A stretch of DNA of 64,000 nt. Origin: Lachnospiraceae bacterium. GTDB taxonomy: Bacteria; Bacillota; Clostridia; Lachnospirales; Lachnospiraceae. This document shows, piece by piece, positions 1 to 9,686 of the stretch (positions are counted from its first letter, which is position 1; each line of letters begins with the position of its first letter). The notes below the pieces were generated by a model. The model worked only from the letters and a program-made list of their open reading frames with translations. It was not told where the DNA came from and made no database searches. The stretch covers positions 3,359-67,358 of the forward strand of contig JAQXVT010000050.1 in the NCBI GenBank assembly GCA_029225065.1, read 5' to 3'. The position numbers were made by a program, and so were the translations under genes.

Positions 1-771
1 CCAGGAAAAACGAAGAAAATTATGGTGACGGTAATCGTACTGGCGGTAATCATTTACTGTGCGGCCGGAATTGATTACTCGGGAATGGCGGCATTTTCGC
101 CGTCGATGGCGGGCGATGTAATCCGGGGCCTGCTGTCACCGAAGTGGAGTTATTTTTATGACGGAAGCGGCGAAGATGTATTTTCCCTTTTGCTTCTGAC
201 GATCGGAATTGCATTTCTTGGCACGACGATTGCAACCGTACTCGCGGTGCCGGTGATGCTGCTGAGCGCCTCCAATCTCTGGAGAGGCTGCCCGATTATT
301 GCAAGAATCGGAAAGCTGATCTGTAATGTACTCCGCGCTTTCCCGGAGCTTGTATACGCGATTATTTTTGTAAAAATGGTAGGGCCGGGACCGTTTGCCG
401 GCGTTATGGCGATCGGTGTCCACCAGATCGGTATGCTCGGAAAGCTTTTCACCGAGGAGATGGAAGCTTTGGATGAAAAGCCGGTGGAGGCCATGCATGC
501 GGTCGGGGCCGGATTCTGGCAGACCTTTTTCTACGCGAGAGTGCCGCAGCTCATGCCGATCTATGCATCCCTCTCACTGAATCATTTTGAGATTGCAGTG
601 CGAAGTGCGGCAACACTCGGATTGGTCGGTGCAGGCGGAATCGGTGCGCCGTTGATCTTTGCGATTCAGGCGAGAAACTGGGACCGTGTGAGCATCATTC
701 TGCTCGGTGTCATCGTGACGGTATTTTTACTGGATGTCCTGACGGGATATATCCGGAAGAAGCTGCGTTAG
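1..771 (+). CDS. phnE: Phosphonate/phosphate-type ABC transporter permease, 5'-partial
   Basis: PhnE-like motifs (NVLRAFPELV, GPGPFAG, EEME, RSAATLGLVGAGGIG). The frame is open back to base 1, so the start probably lies outside the window. Confidence 0.9.
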   Translation, partial: PGKTKKIMVTVIVLAVIIYCAAGIDYSGMAAFSPSMAGDVIRGLLSPKWSYFYDGSGEDVFSLLLLTIGIAFLGTTIATVLAVPVMLLSASNLWRGCPIIARIGKLICNVLRAFPELVYAIIFVKMVGPGPFAGVMAIGVHQIGMLGKLFTEEMEALDEKPVEAMHAVGAGFWQTFFYARVPQLMPIYASLSLNHFEIAVRSAATLGLVGAGGIGAPLIFAIQARNWDRVSIILLGVIVTVFLLDVLTGYIRKKLR

Positions 772-1429
772 ACAGTTCACCGGCGGACTGCATGAGCAGC
801 TTACGGTCGGTAATCAGATAGCCATTGCGTGTTTTGGAAAGAATCTGATCGGAACAGAATTTTTTCAGAACGCGCAGCAGATGGCGGTAGCTTGTATTCA
901 GGATATCGGCGCAGTCATTGAGCTGAAACGCAAAAATATCGTTGGTGGAATATTGCAGGATAAATTTGGCGAGCCGCATTTCCAGCGGTTCCACAAGCGC
1001 ACAGATCTGCCCTTCGTTGTTCATGCGGCATGCGAGCGTATAACAGACATGCTGCAGAAAGCGGAGGTCATTCAGGAGCGTCTGGCGGTGCAGCCGCAGA
1101 CTGACGGCGACGCAGACGCAGTCGCAGAGCGCTTTTACATTGGCAAGAGGCGGTTTTCCCCACAGAGAGGCGGCCTCCCCTAAAATGGTGACAGACTGAT
1201 GATACGCAAAACATTCATCCCGTTCGCTGCCGGTACAGGTAAAGCAGGTGACTTTTCCGATTACAAGAAAATAGAGATAGTCAGAAGCTTCTTCTGCATG
1301 GATCAGATAGTCGTCGCGCTGAAACGTGTGCAGCTCGGCGATGTCGGAAAGTTTTGTGTCCATGTACTGCTGAAGCTGATATTTTTCAATGTATTCGTTT
1401 ATAAGCTGAGCGGATGCTTTTTTTTTCAT
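710..1429 (-). CDS. Crp/Fnr-family transcriptional regulator
   Basis: cNMP-binding-like N-terminal domain (YLYFLVIGKV, LGEAASL) and C-terminal HTH (ADILNTSYRHLLRVL). Its last ~60 nt overlap the convergent phnE 3' end. Confidence 0.85.
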   Translation of the reverse strand: MKKKASAQLINEYIEKYQLQQYMDTKLSDIAELHTFQRDDYLIHAEEASDYLYFLVIGKVTCFTCTGSERDECFAYHQSVTILGEAASLWGKPPLANVKALCDCVCVAVSLRLHRQTLLNDLRFLQHVCYTLACRMNNEGQICALVEPLEMRLAKFILQYSTNDIFAFQLNDCADILNTSYRHLLRVLKKFCSDQILSKTRNGYLITDRKLLMQSAGELSNAASSGYIPSGHPVKIPSR

Positions 1430-1498
1430 TTTTTCACCCCTTAAGAGTAGTCATATGAGGACGTTTCATACACATATATTTTGCTGCTGTATGAAACT

Positions 1499-1776
1499 CG
1501 TTCAGAGCCAACTATAAAGCGGACATTCGCAATCCGCATTTGCTACTTGCTCATGAACACAGTCGTTTCGCTGCCTGTGTTCAAAATGCTGCGCATTTCG
1601 TCGGTGTGGCGTATCCGCCAGATGAAATTTTAAAAGCTCCCTTAAAAACGCAAGCGTTTTACGTTCGCTTTATAAAATTTCGTCTGGCTCTGTAGTGTCA
1701 AATAAAATTTCAAAAACAGGCTTAAAAATGCAAGCATTTTACGCCTGCTTTCTGAAATTTTACTTGGCTCTGAACG
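1499..1776. repeat. MITE-like intergenic element
   Basis: Perfect 13-bp terminal inverted repeats (CGTTCAGAGCCAA 1499-1511 / TTGGCTCTGAACG 1764-1776), two internal ~50-bp imperfect direct repeats and one copy of the dispersed hairpin. Confidence 0.6.
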
Positions 1777-1831
1777 GTTATAACAAATTATAAAAAAATA
1801 TACGAAAGAAATCAATAGAAAGGACACAGTT

Positions 1832-2647
1832 ATGCAGATTCTTCATATATCAGACATCCATTTTCGTCGGCGGTACGAGGCGGCGCAGGACGGTTATGCG
1901 GCGGTACTGTATCGGATGACAAACCCGCTGACACTGCTTGACCGGTGCCTGGAGCAGGCTTTTTTGGAGCATCCGGGGATCGGGCTTGTGATGATTACAG
2001 GCGATCTGTGCGATGACGGGAAGGCGGAGGATTACGAGGCGCTTCGGGCGTATCTGGAGCGGAATCTTCGCGGTGCCGAGGTCGTTGTGACGGTAGGAAA
2101 TCATGACCGGAAGGACGAGTTTCGCAGGGGCTGGCTTGGAGTGATGCCAAAAGATGACGGGGAAGGAAATCTTGCATACAATGTGCATTTCAACGGCGGG
2201 GAGCTGGATGTGCTGTCTTTGGACAGTGCGGTATTTGGAGAGAGCGACGGCCGTTTTGTGCAGGGACAGGCGGACTGGCTGGAAGCGGAACTGAAAAAGG
2301 CCGGGGATAAACCGTCTTTTCTGATGACGCATCACCACCTGCTTGACGCACATGAGGGAATCCGCGCCGTAGCATGCCCGGAGAAGATTGCGCAGCTGGT
2401 AAAAGAAAGCCGGATTACAGCGGTCATGGCCGGCCACACGCACCACTGTTTTGCCGGACGCTGGCAGGACCGGCCGTATTATACTTCGGACGGGATGTCG
2501 TTTTATGGAATTGACGGGATGGGAAGTGTGCGGTTTGAGGAAAAATATGGGTATAATTATTATGAAACGACTCAGGGTGTGGTTACGGCGAGCGAGCAGA
2601 GGACTTTTTCGGAGAACCGGGAGCTGGCAAATATTATATTTTTCTGA
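1832..2647 (+). CDS. Metallophosphoesterase, CpdA/Icc-like cyclic-nucleotide phosphodiesterase
   Basis: Calcineurin-like motifs SDIH, TGD, GNHD, HHH, GHTH. Confidence 0.85.
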   Translation: MQILHISDIHFRRRYEAAQDGYAAVLYRMTNPLTLLDRCLEQAFLEHPGIGLVMITGDLCDDGKAEDYEALRAYLERNLRGAEVVVTVGNHDRKDEFRRGWLGVMPKDDGEGNLAYNVHFNGGELDVLSLDSAVFGESDGRFVQGQADWLEAELKKAGDKPSFLMTHHHLLDAHEGIRAVACPEKIAQLVKESRITAVMAGHTHHCFAGRWQDRPYYTSDGMSFYGIDGMGSVRFEEKYGYNYYETTQGVVTASEQRTFSENRELANIIFF

Positions 2648-2722
2648 AAGAATTTGAATGAAGTTGACAATTTCTGGCGATTCTTTTAAGATAAAGGGAA
2701 AGTAAGAAGGGGGATTTTATTC

Positions 2723-3064
2723 ATGGTACGTAAGGCACAGATTGAGATAAAAAAAGAGCTGCGCGGAGGCAAAGGTGAGGTGGAATTCCACCACATCCTG
2801 ACAAAGGAAGAGCTGAACGGGCATGGCAGCATGTACGCGATGGTTCGTCTGAAACCGGGCTGCAGCATTGGATATCATCAGCACATCGGGAACACGGAAC
2901 CATATTTTATTCTGGAGGGGAAAGGTACGTTTGTGGACAACGACGGCTCCAGAACAGAGGTCGGACCGGGAGATGCCTGTCTGATTGAGGTAGGCCAGAG
3001 CCACGCGCTGGAAAATAATTCCGACCAGGATCTGGTATTTATGGCACTTATTTACAATGAGTAA
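2723..3064 (+). CDS. Cupin-domain protein
   Basis: PGCSIGYHQH...EPYFILEGKG and GQSHALEN cupin motifs. Confidence 0.9.
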   Translation: MVRKAQIEIKKELRGGKGEVEFHHILTKEELNGHGSMYAMVRLKPGCSIGYHQHIGNTEPYFILEGKGTFVDNDGSRTEVGPGDACLIEVGQSHALENNSDQDLVFMALIYNE

Positions 3065-3076
3065 GGAGGATGCATT

Positions 3077-3862
3077 ATGATGAATTTTGAGGAAATCAGT
3101 AAAAAGGTTAAGAAGTTCAGTCAGGATACTATGACGGAAGTCCAGAAGATGAACGAAGTGCGTCAGCTGAATGGTAAAGTAAGTGAGGAAAAGAAGTATT
3201 TAAATAGGCTTTATCTCGAGATGGGAAAGAAACTGTACGATAAATACAAGGATGCGGAGAACGCGCCAGAGGGGTTTGAGACAGAGTTTCGCAAGATCAG
3301 GGAGCGTTACAGCGTGATGGATCTGCTGCAGGATGAGATCCGCAAGGTAAAGGGCGTAGTGCTCTGCCCGTGCTGCAATATGGAAGTAGCGGCAACCGAG
3401 CGTTTCTGTTCGAACTGCGGCAATCGGATGCCGGAGCCGGTAAAGATTGAGGGAAAAGAGGACGCTGAGGTGATTGATTCAGCGGATGGCGAGACAAAAG
3501 CGGCGGATGCAAAAGCAGCGGAGCCGGTTGTGGACGTGGAAGCAGAAGAGGTAACGGAAGCAGATGCAGCAGAGGCAGAAGATGCAGCGGATGCTGATGT
3601 AACAGAGAAAATTGTAGAAGAAAGCGATGCCGCACAGCCGGATGAAGAAATGACAGAAGAAGTTTCCGGTGAGGATGCGGGAGAAGCGGCTGAGGAAGTA
3701 CTGGAAGAGGCGAAAGAGACTTCGGAGAAGATCCCGGAAGAAGCTGGGGAAGCAGTCGAAGAGCCAAAGGAGGAAACTCCGGCTGATAAGACGGAAGAAG
3801 TAGCCGCAGAGGCAGATGAGGCGGCAGCTGCAAAGGCAGCGGAGCCAAAAGAGGAAGAATAA
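3077..3862 (+). CDS. Zinc-ribbon protein with long acidic low-complexity tail
   Basis: AAGGAGG RBS, coiled-coil N-terminus, CPCC...CSNC double Cys motif, about 140-aa Glu/Ala-rich tail. Confidence 0.8.
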   Translation: MMNFEEISKKVKKFSQDTMTEVQKMNEVRQLNGKVSEEKKYLNRLYLEMGKKLYDKYKDAENAPEGFETEFRKIRERYSVMDLLQDEIRKVKGVVLCPCCNMEVAATERFCSNCGNRMPEPVKIEGKEDAEVIDSADGETKAADAKAAEPVVDVEAEEVTEADAAEAEDAADADVTEKIVEESDAAQPDEEMTEEVSGEDAGEAAEEVLEEAKETSEKIPEEAGEAVEEPKEETPADKTEEVAAEADEAAAAKAAEPKEEE

Positions 3863-4072
3863 TAGAAAGACATTAATTGAGTCAAGTAAGTCTCCTGCGG
3901 GGATGCAAGGCGTAATAAGAAGCAAAAAGGCAGTGGTGTGCGGAGAGAAATCGGTATCCCCCACTGGCATGAATCAAGTCAGAACCGGATTTTTTCGACT
4001 TGTCAGACTTCGGAAAAATACCGACTGTGAATTGAAACAACAAATAAAAAAAGCCACGGAAAGGTGTAAAAA

Positions 4073-5026
4073 ATGGCATATAAAAAGGAAATCGATACGC
4101 TTGTCGGAGAGATTCTGGAAAGTTACGGAAGACACCCGGAGACATGCAGCATCAATATGAGAAACCGGGTAAATAAAGAAATCGTGATTGATATTCTGGA
4201 GGAGATCCGATGTATCGTATTTCCGGGATATTTTGAAGTAAAAAATCTGAATGAAGATTCGATCGAGTACCATGTGGGTGAGCTGTTGGAGGATATCAGT
4301 TACCGTCTGCGCAAGCAGGTAGCGAAGGCATTGTACCATACCGGGACAAAAAAAATTACGGATGAGGAAGTGCCGCAGGAGGCAGAGCGGATCGTAAAGG
4401 AGTTCTTAAACCGGATTCCGGCGCTCCGGGAGATTCTGGCGACAGATGTGCAGGCAGCATACGACGGTGACCCGGCGGCGTTCAATACGGACGAGGTAAT
4501 TTTTTCCTATCCGGGCGTGTTTGCGATCACGGTCAACCGAATCGCACATGAACTGCATCTGCTTGGCGTACCGCTGATTCCGCGAATGATGACGGAGTAT
4601 GCGCACAGCCTGACGGGAATCGATATTCATCCGGGTGCGACGATCGGGAAATACTTCTTTATCGACCATGGAACCGGCGTGGTAGTCGGCGAGACGACGG
4701 AGATCGGAGATAATGCGAAGATCTATCAGGGTGTAACACTCGGCGCGCTCTCGACGCGAGGCGGCCAGACATTGCGCAATACAAAACGTCATCCGACGCT
4801 GGAGGACAATGTGACGGTTTATTCAGGAGCTTCCATTCTCGGCGGTGATACGGTGATCGGGGAAGGCGCGGTTATTGGATCGAATGCGTTTATTACTTCT
4901 TCGGTACCTGGCGGTACGAGAGTCAGCATCAAGAATCCGGAGCTGCAGTTCAAGGATCGCAAGGAGCGCGGTGTGCAGATGACCGAGCTTGGTCAGGAAG
5001 GATTCTGGACGAAGGATAATGAGTGA
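4073..5026 (+). CDS. cysE: Serine O-acetyltransferase
   Basis: GDPAA, SYPG, GIDIHPGATIG, IDHGTG, QGVTLG, RHPT motifs. Confidence 0.92.
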   Translation: MAYKKEIDTLVGEILESYGRHPETCSINMRNRVNKEIVIDILEEIRCIVFPGYFEVKNLNEDSIEYHVGELLEDISYRLRKQVAKALYHTGTKKITDEEVPQEAERIVKEFLNRIPALREILATDVQAAYDGDPAAFNTDEVIFSYPGVFAITVNRIAHELHLLGVPLIPRMMTEYAHSLTGIDIHPGATIGKYFFIDHGTGVVVGETTEIGDNAKIYQGVTLGALSTRGGQTLRNTKRHPTLEDNVTVYSGASILGGDTVIGEGAVIGSNAFITSSVPGGTRVSIKNPELQFKDRKERGVQMTELGQEGFWTKDNE

Positions 5027-5171
5027 GGCAGAAGCTGACAGCAGTCGATTGAAAAGAAAAACTGGATCGTCAGGAGCAGGGGATCAATCATGCACTGATA
5101 TTAGCCGAAAAACTGTGAGATGCAGAGCAAATAAGATCAGCAAGACAGATGAGAGGAGCGTGTCCGAATGA
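5019..5171 (+). CDS. Possible 50-aa small ORF
   Basis: Start overlaps the cysE 3' end and stop overlaps the next ATG (ATGA). No recognised motif. Confidence 0.25.
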   Translation: MSEAEADSSRLKRKTGSSGAGDQSCTDISRKTVRCRANKISKTDERSVSE

Positions 5172-5320
5172 AAGAACTGAAGAAAGAAAAACAGGAGCAG
5201 GGATGTACTGACGAGCAGGAAAATACAAAGTCTACGCCAATCAGCGAAACCTGGGCACAGGAGACGATCGAGGATCTGGATGATTTTATTGAGTCACAGG
5301 GGATTTATATCCGGCAGTGA
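5168..5320 (+). CDS. 50-aa acidic small protein (MKELKKEKQE...EDLDDFIESQGIYIRQ), absent from the ORF track
   Basis: Translated by hand. GAGGAG RBS upstream and a protein-like C-terminal segment. Confidence 0.55.
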   Translation: MKELKKEKQEQGCTDEQENTKSTPISETWAQETIEDLDDFIESQGIYIRQ

Positions 5321-5594
5321 AATGTAAAATAATTTTTCAGTTTGGCTGAAAAGATCGAGCGTTGCGGAGAAAAGCATTTTGCTGATGGGCAGCTGAAGAA
5401 GCCGGTATGATATTGACAGTCAGCGATGATGGAAACAATTGCAGCGTTAAGAGAAAAATATAATCTCCATATGAAGTTGAGCAGTATCAGTCAGAAGAGA
5501 TTAGCGTCAGGTAAGGCCCTGTCCGCTGTTTTAAAGGCAGCAGATAGGGCCCTGTTTGTATTAGCCTCCGCTTTGATTGCTGCGCAGTGTCTGA

Positions 5595-6512
5595 CTACAG
5601 GATTCGCTCTGCCACAAACATCAGCAGCGGAATTGTCACAAGCGACGCGATCGTCGTAAACGCATACAGTTCAGATGCATACCGGTAATTTTTCTGGAAA
5701 CGTAAGGCAAAAGCGGTTCCGGTGGCAGCGACCGGGCAGGCGGCAGCCACGAGGATAGTATAGGCAACTGTAGACGGCAGATGCGCCGCGGCAAGTCCGA
5801 CGAGCACAATGATCGGGAGCACAAGCAGCTTCAGCAACGAGATCAGGTACAGCTTCTTATTTTTCAGCATACCGAAAAGATCGGTCTGTGCCACGGAAAT
5901 TCCGGCAATCATCATGGCGAGCGGAGTGTTCATCGAAGCCACATAGTTCATGGAATCGGCCAGCAGCGTCGGAATACGGATCTGTGCGAAAAACAGTACC
6001 AGACCGAGCAGACTGGAGAGAATCATCGGGGAGAGAAGTCCCTTCAGAAGCTCTTTCGGTGAAAATTTTCCGGTCATGACCATCATGCCATGCGTCCAGG
6101 AAAAAATATTAAATACAGTCATATAAGCAGTCAGGTAGAGAACGCCCTCCCCGCCAAGAATACTCTGTACGAGCGGAATTCCGATAAAGCCGCAGTTGGA
6201 ATACATGGCAGCGAAGCGGTCAATGCCACAGTCTGGATTTCCTTTTGTGCGGATCAGCGCGGTGGAGAGAATGCAGCCGACGATATGAGTCAGAAACGCA
6301 GCCAGATAAGAAAGAAGAAGTCCATGAACCAGCTGCGGGCTGTAGTCCACCTGAAGGGATAAAATGGCGAGCATGGGATTGACGATCATCAAAAGCAGGT
6401 TGGCAAGCATTTTGTTGCCACTTTGGTCGATCAGCTTTTTGCGGTAACAGAAGATACCGAGGAGCAGCAAAAGCAGCATTTTTATAATCTGGTTTACTAT
6501 AATGAGAAACAT
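5595..6512 (-). CDS. AEC (auxin efflux carrier / malate permease) family transporter
   Basis: About 10 TM helices, SNCGFIGIPL and PLAMMIAG motifs. Start moved to MFLII (6512), which has an AAAGGA RBS. Confidence 0.9.
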   Translation of the reverse strand: MFLIIVNQIIKMLLLLLLGIFCYRKKLIDQSGNKMLANLLLMIVNPMLAILSLQVDYSPQLVHGLLLSYLAAFLTHIVGCILSTALIRTKGNPDCGIDRFAAMYSNCGFIGIPLVQSILGGEGVLYLTAYMTVFNIFSWTHGMMVMTGKFSPKELLKGLLSPMILSSLLGLVLFFAQIRIPTLLADSMNYVASMNTPLAMMIAGISVAQTDLFGMLKNKKLYLISLLKLLVLPIIVLVGLAAAHLPSTVAYTILVAAACPVAATGTAFALRFQKNYRYASELYAFTTIASLVTIPLLMFVAERIL

Positions 6513-6630
6513 TGTGGTATAATTCCTTTTATAAATTTGAAGGATTGCAGAACAATCCGTGACATCATGATATTTTATTATCACATCATTTGCTGGCGCT
6601 GTCCAGTAGATTTTACAGAAGGAGGATCTT

Positions 6631-7203
6631 ATGAAACAGATTATTCTTGCGTCGGCTTCCCCGCGCAGACGGGAGCTGCTCGAACAGATCGGGTTGGAAT
6701 TTACCGTACTTCCGGCGTTAGGAGAGGAAAAGATTACAAAACAGATTCCGTCAGATGTTGTGGAGGAGCTGTCAGCTCAGAAAGCGGAGGTCGTGGCGGC
6801 ACAGATCACAGATGGAATTATCATCGGAGCGGACACTGTGGTGTGCCAGAACGGTGAGATCATGGGGAAACCGAAGGATGAGGCGGATGCAATGCGGATG
6901 CTGAGACAGCTGCAGGGCGAGATGCATTCTGTTTTCACGGGCGTGACATTGATTGTGAAAGAAAATGGTTCCGTGATTTCAAGGCAGACCTTTTCACAGG
7001 AGACGCGAGTATATCTTTACGCGATGACAGATGAAGAGATTCAGGCGTATATCGCAACCGGTGAGCCGATGGACAAGGCCGGCGCATACGGAATCCAGGG
7101 ACGCTTTGCCGCTTACGTAGAAGGAATCGAGGGCGATTACAACAACGTGGTCGGACTTCCGGTGTCTGCGGTATGGCAGGAGATTAAGGAGTACTGCATA
7201 TGA
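6631..7203 (+). CDS. maf: Maf-like nucleotide pyrophosphatase
   Basis: ILASASPRRRELL, IIGADTVV, DKAGAYGIQG, NVVGLP. Confidence 0.95.
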   Translation: MKQIILASASPRRRELLEQIGLEFTVLPALGEEKITKQIPSDVVEELSAQKAEVVAAQITDGIIIGADTVVCQNGEIMGKPKDEADAMRMLRQLQGEMHSVFTGVTLIVKENGSVISRQTFSQETRVYLYAMTDEEIQAYIATGEPMDKAGAYGIQGRFAAYVEGIEGDYNNVVGLPVSAVWQEIKEYCI

Positions 7204-7222
7204 TGCAGAATGGAGGGCGCTT

Positions 7223-8413
7223 ATGAGCTTCGCTGGAAAAGCGGTTCTCGCACTGTTCTGGCTGATGCTGGTGCCTTGGGGAGCCGGAACTCTGTTTTTC
7301 AGGAAAGAAAAAAAAATGTGTCACGGACAGAGTTTTCTGATCGGATATGTATTTCTGTTTTCTGTGACAGAACTTCTGACGCTGCCGGCGATCTGGCTGA
7401 AACTGCCGCTGCATGTGTTGTCGATCTGCTATGCGGTGATCGGAGTGGGGGCGGCAGGGGCCGGACTCTGGCACTGGAGAGAGAAATGTTTAGGGCAGGA
7501 AATAGACAGCAGTTTGTATGTTGGAGAAACAACAGAAACAGCTGATGATTTAGAAAAATACCTGCTTCAGAAAACAGATGAATGTCTGTCCGGCGATGAA
7601 AAGATAAAATCAGCCGAAGATTCAGATGCAGGAGCAGAAAAAAGATCCTGGTTTGCCGGGATGTGGGTGAATCTGCGAAACGTCTCCGCATGGTTTTGGA
7701 TCGCGCTCATTTTAATCGCAGCGCAGATCTGCGTTGTCTCTCTTCTGGCGCACATGGATGCGGACGATGCGTTTTACGTCGCTACCGCGACAACTGCAGT
7801 TCATACGGACAGCGTTTTTGCAGTCAATCCTTATACAGGCAATGCGTACCGAAAGCTGCCGAGCCGCTACGTACTGTCGCCTTTTCCGATTTTTCTGGCC
7901 GTGATCAGCCAGCTGTGCGGCGGGCTGCATCCGGCAATTCTGGCGCATGCGATCTTTCCGGCTGTATTTCTGATCATGGCGTATCTCACGCTGTATCAGT
8001 TTGCGAAACTGTTTTTCCAAAAAGACGCAGATGCCAGAGGAATTTTTCTCATTCTTGGATGTGTGCTGACATGGTTTTCCGGATTTTCCGTTTATACTTC
8101 CGGAAATTTCCAGATGATCCGGATCTGGCAGGGAAAAGGACTTCTGGCCGCGGCGCTTTTGCCGCTTTCGATCTGGCTGTGTATGAAGATCGTGATGCAA
8201 AAGAAACCGGAGTTTCCCTGGTATTTTCTGTTGCTTACAAACGGAGCCTGCTGTCTCGTATCGTCGATGGGAATCATGCTTTCGCCGCTTGTGATGGGGA
8301 TTTTTGCGGTGATGGGAGCCGTTCACTGCCGTGACCCGAAGCGAATTATAAAATACGTTTTGTGCTGCATCCCGTCGATCGTGCTCGGAGCAGTGTATGT
8401 GCTGATAAAGTGA
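7223..8413 (+). CDS. Polytopic membrane protein, DUF6077-like (possible GT-C fold)
   Basis: Many TM helices, acidic DADDAFYV motif after a TM helix, RIWQGK motif. Family recognised from memory. Confidence 0.6.
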   Translation: MSFAGKAVLALFWLMLVPWGAGTLFFRKEKKMCHGQSFLIGYVFLFSVTELLTLPAIWLKLPLHVLSICYAVIGVGAAGAGLWHWREKCLGQEIDSSLYVGETTETADDLEKYLLQKTDECLSGDEKIKSAEDSDAGAEKRSWFAGMWVNLRNVSAWFWIALILIAAQICVVSLLAHMDADDAFYVATATTAVHTDSVFAVNPYTGNAYRKLPSRYVLSPFPIFLAVISQLCGGLHPAILAHAIFPAVFLIMAYLTLYQFAKLFFQKDADARGIFLILGCVLTWFSGFSVYTSGNFQMIRIWQGKGLLAAALLPLSIWLCMKIVMQKKPEFPWYFLLLTNGACCLVSSMGIMLSPLVMGIFAVMGAVHCRDPKRIIKYVLCCIPSIVLGAVYVLIK

Positions 8414-8424
8414 AGGGGGCTGTC

Positions 8425-9423
8425 ATGAAAGAAGTAATCAATTTAATTTTTTCGACCTGGCAGTCGTACTGGAATGGGAGCTGGTATCCGTATCTGCTGG
8501 CGGGGGCTGTGGTATTCATTCTAATCTGTCTGTTTCTAAATGGACAGTATAGTAGAAAAAAATACAAAAAATTCGGACAGGGTCCTGAAAAAGATGACAG
8601 CAAGTCTGATATTAAAAAAAAGAAGTCTGATCTTCAGGGAGAGAGTGTGATTCGTACAGGTTTTCAGACAGAAAATGCAGACGAGAAAACAGACATTGAA
8701 GACAGCATTATAAATAAAAAGAAGAGCGATGTTTGCCAGAAGGATACGGATAAAGTGTGCATAGAAGCGGAGGCCGGCACGATGGTCATTTACGCGCTCC
8801 TGGCACTGGCAGCTTTCTTTTTCCCGGTGAGCGCCTGGATTCTTCAGAAATGTATTGGTGCGGAGGTATACTGGCGCGTGCTGTGGACCGTCCCGGTGGT
8901 ACCGCTTCTTGCGTATGTTGGCACGAAGCTGGTGCGGATGCCGAAGAAAAGGATTGTTCAGGCAGCAGTGCTTATTGTAATGCTTGGAGTGACGGCGGTT
9001 TCCGGAAAAAGTATTTATGAGGGCAATTACAGCCGGGTACACAATTACCAGCAGGTACCAGACGAGGTGGCGCATGTCTGCAATCTTATCAATGCGCATC
9101 GCGGCGACGGGGATGCACTGCTGGCAACGGACAATAATTTATCACCGTACATTCGAGTTTATGATGCATCGATTCGGATGCCGTACGGAAGACTTGGACA
9201 CGGAGCAAAGGCAGAGATCGACCGAACGATTTACCATGACATCAATTTTGAGAGTGATAAATATGTCGAAATCGCAAAAAATGCGAAACACCGGGGATGC
9301 ACCTACCTTGCGATCTGCATTTATAATGAAGAACAGCAAAGTGAGATCGAGGCAGAAGGATATGTGCTGCTGGATTTTGTGAATCAGTATGGGGTGTTCG
9401 CGTTGGAGGAGACGGAAGAATAA
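8425..9423 (+). CDS. Membrane protein with soluble C-terminal domain, DUF6077-associated
   Basis: TM helices, VYWRVLW motif, a charged insertion and an extracytoplasmic C-terminus. Start moved to MKEVI. Confidence 0.6.
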   Translation: MKEVINLIFSTWQSYWNGSWYPYLLAGAVVFILICLFLNGQYSRKKYKKFGQGPEKDDSKSDIKKKKSDLQGESVIRTGFQTENADEKTDIEDSIINKKKSDVCQKDTDKVCIEAEAGTMVIYALLALAAFFFPVSAWILQKCIGAEVYWRVLWTVPVVPLLAYVGTKLVRMPKKRIVQAAVLIVMLGVTAVSGKSIYEGNYSRVHNYQQVPDEVAHVCNLINAHRGDGDALLATDNNLSPYIRVYDASIRMPYGRLGHGAKAEIDRTIYHDINFESDKYVEIAKNAKHRGCTYLAICIYNEEQQSEIEAEGYVLLDFVNQYGVFALEETEE

Positions 9424-9441
9424 ATTATTTTATAGCATGAG

Positions 9442-9488
9442 AAAAGCGCAGAGAAAAGAGTTGGTTGACTTGAATCTCTGCGCTTTTT
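9442..9488. terminator. Bidirectional intrinsic terminator
   Basis: AAAAGCGCAGAGA / TCTCTGCGCTTTT inverted repeat between convergent genes. Confidence 0.75.
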
Positions 9489-9686
9489 GTAATTATATTT
9501 TGGAACAGGCATTTCATCAACAATCTATGCATCGATTTTACCAAAGTCAGGTAAGTCCGCTGCTTTAATTGCAGATATCCGATTTGACTGACGGAGAAAA
9601 ATGAGAAAGCAAATTGTAAATATCTGTTTTGTCATGTGTAGAGTCCCTGCGTCAGCTTCGGATCGGAGCATGTCTGAAAAATGCGC

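Noticed and set aside
3863-4072. Cys T-box or S-box upstream of cysE
   Set aside because: There is an imperfect inverted repeat near 3985-4023, but no T-box or SAM-I consensus that I could identify.
5426-5659. 77-aa plus-strand ORF
   Set aside because: It runs through a terminator-like hairpin and overlaps the AEC transporter 3' end, with no motif.
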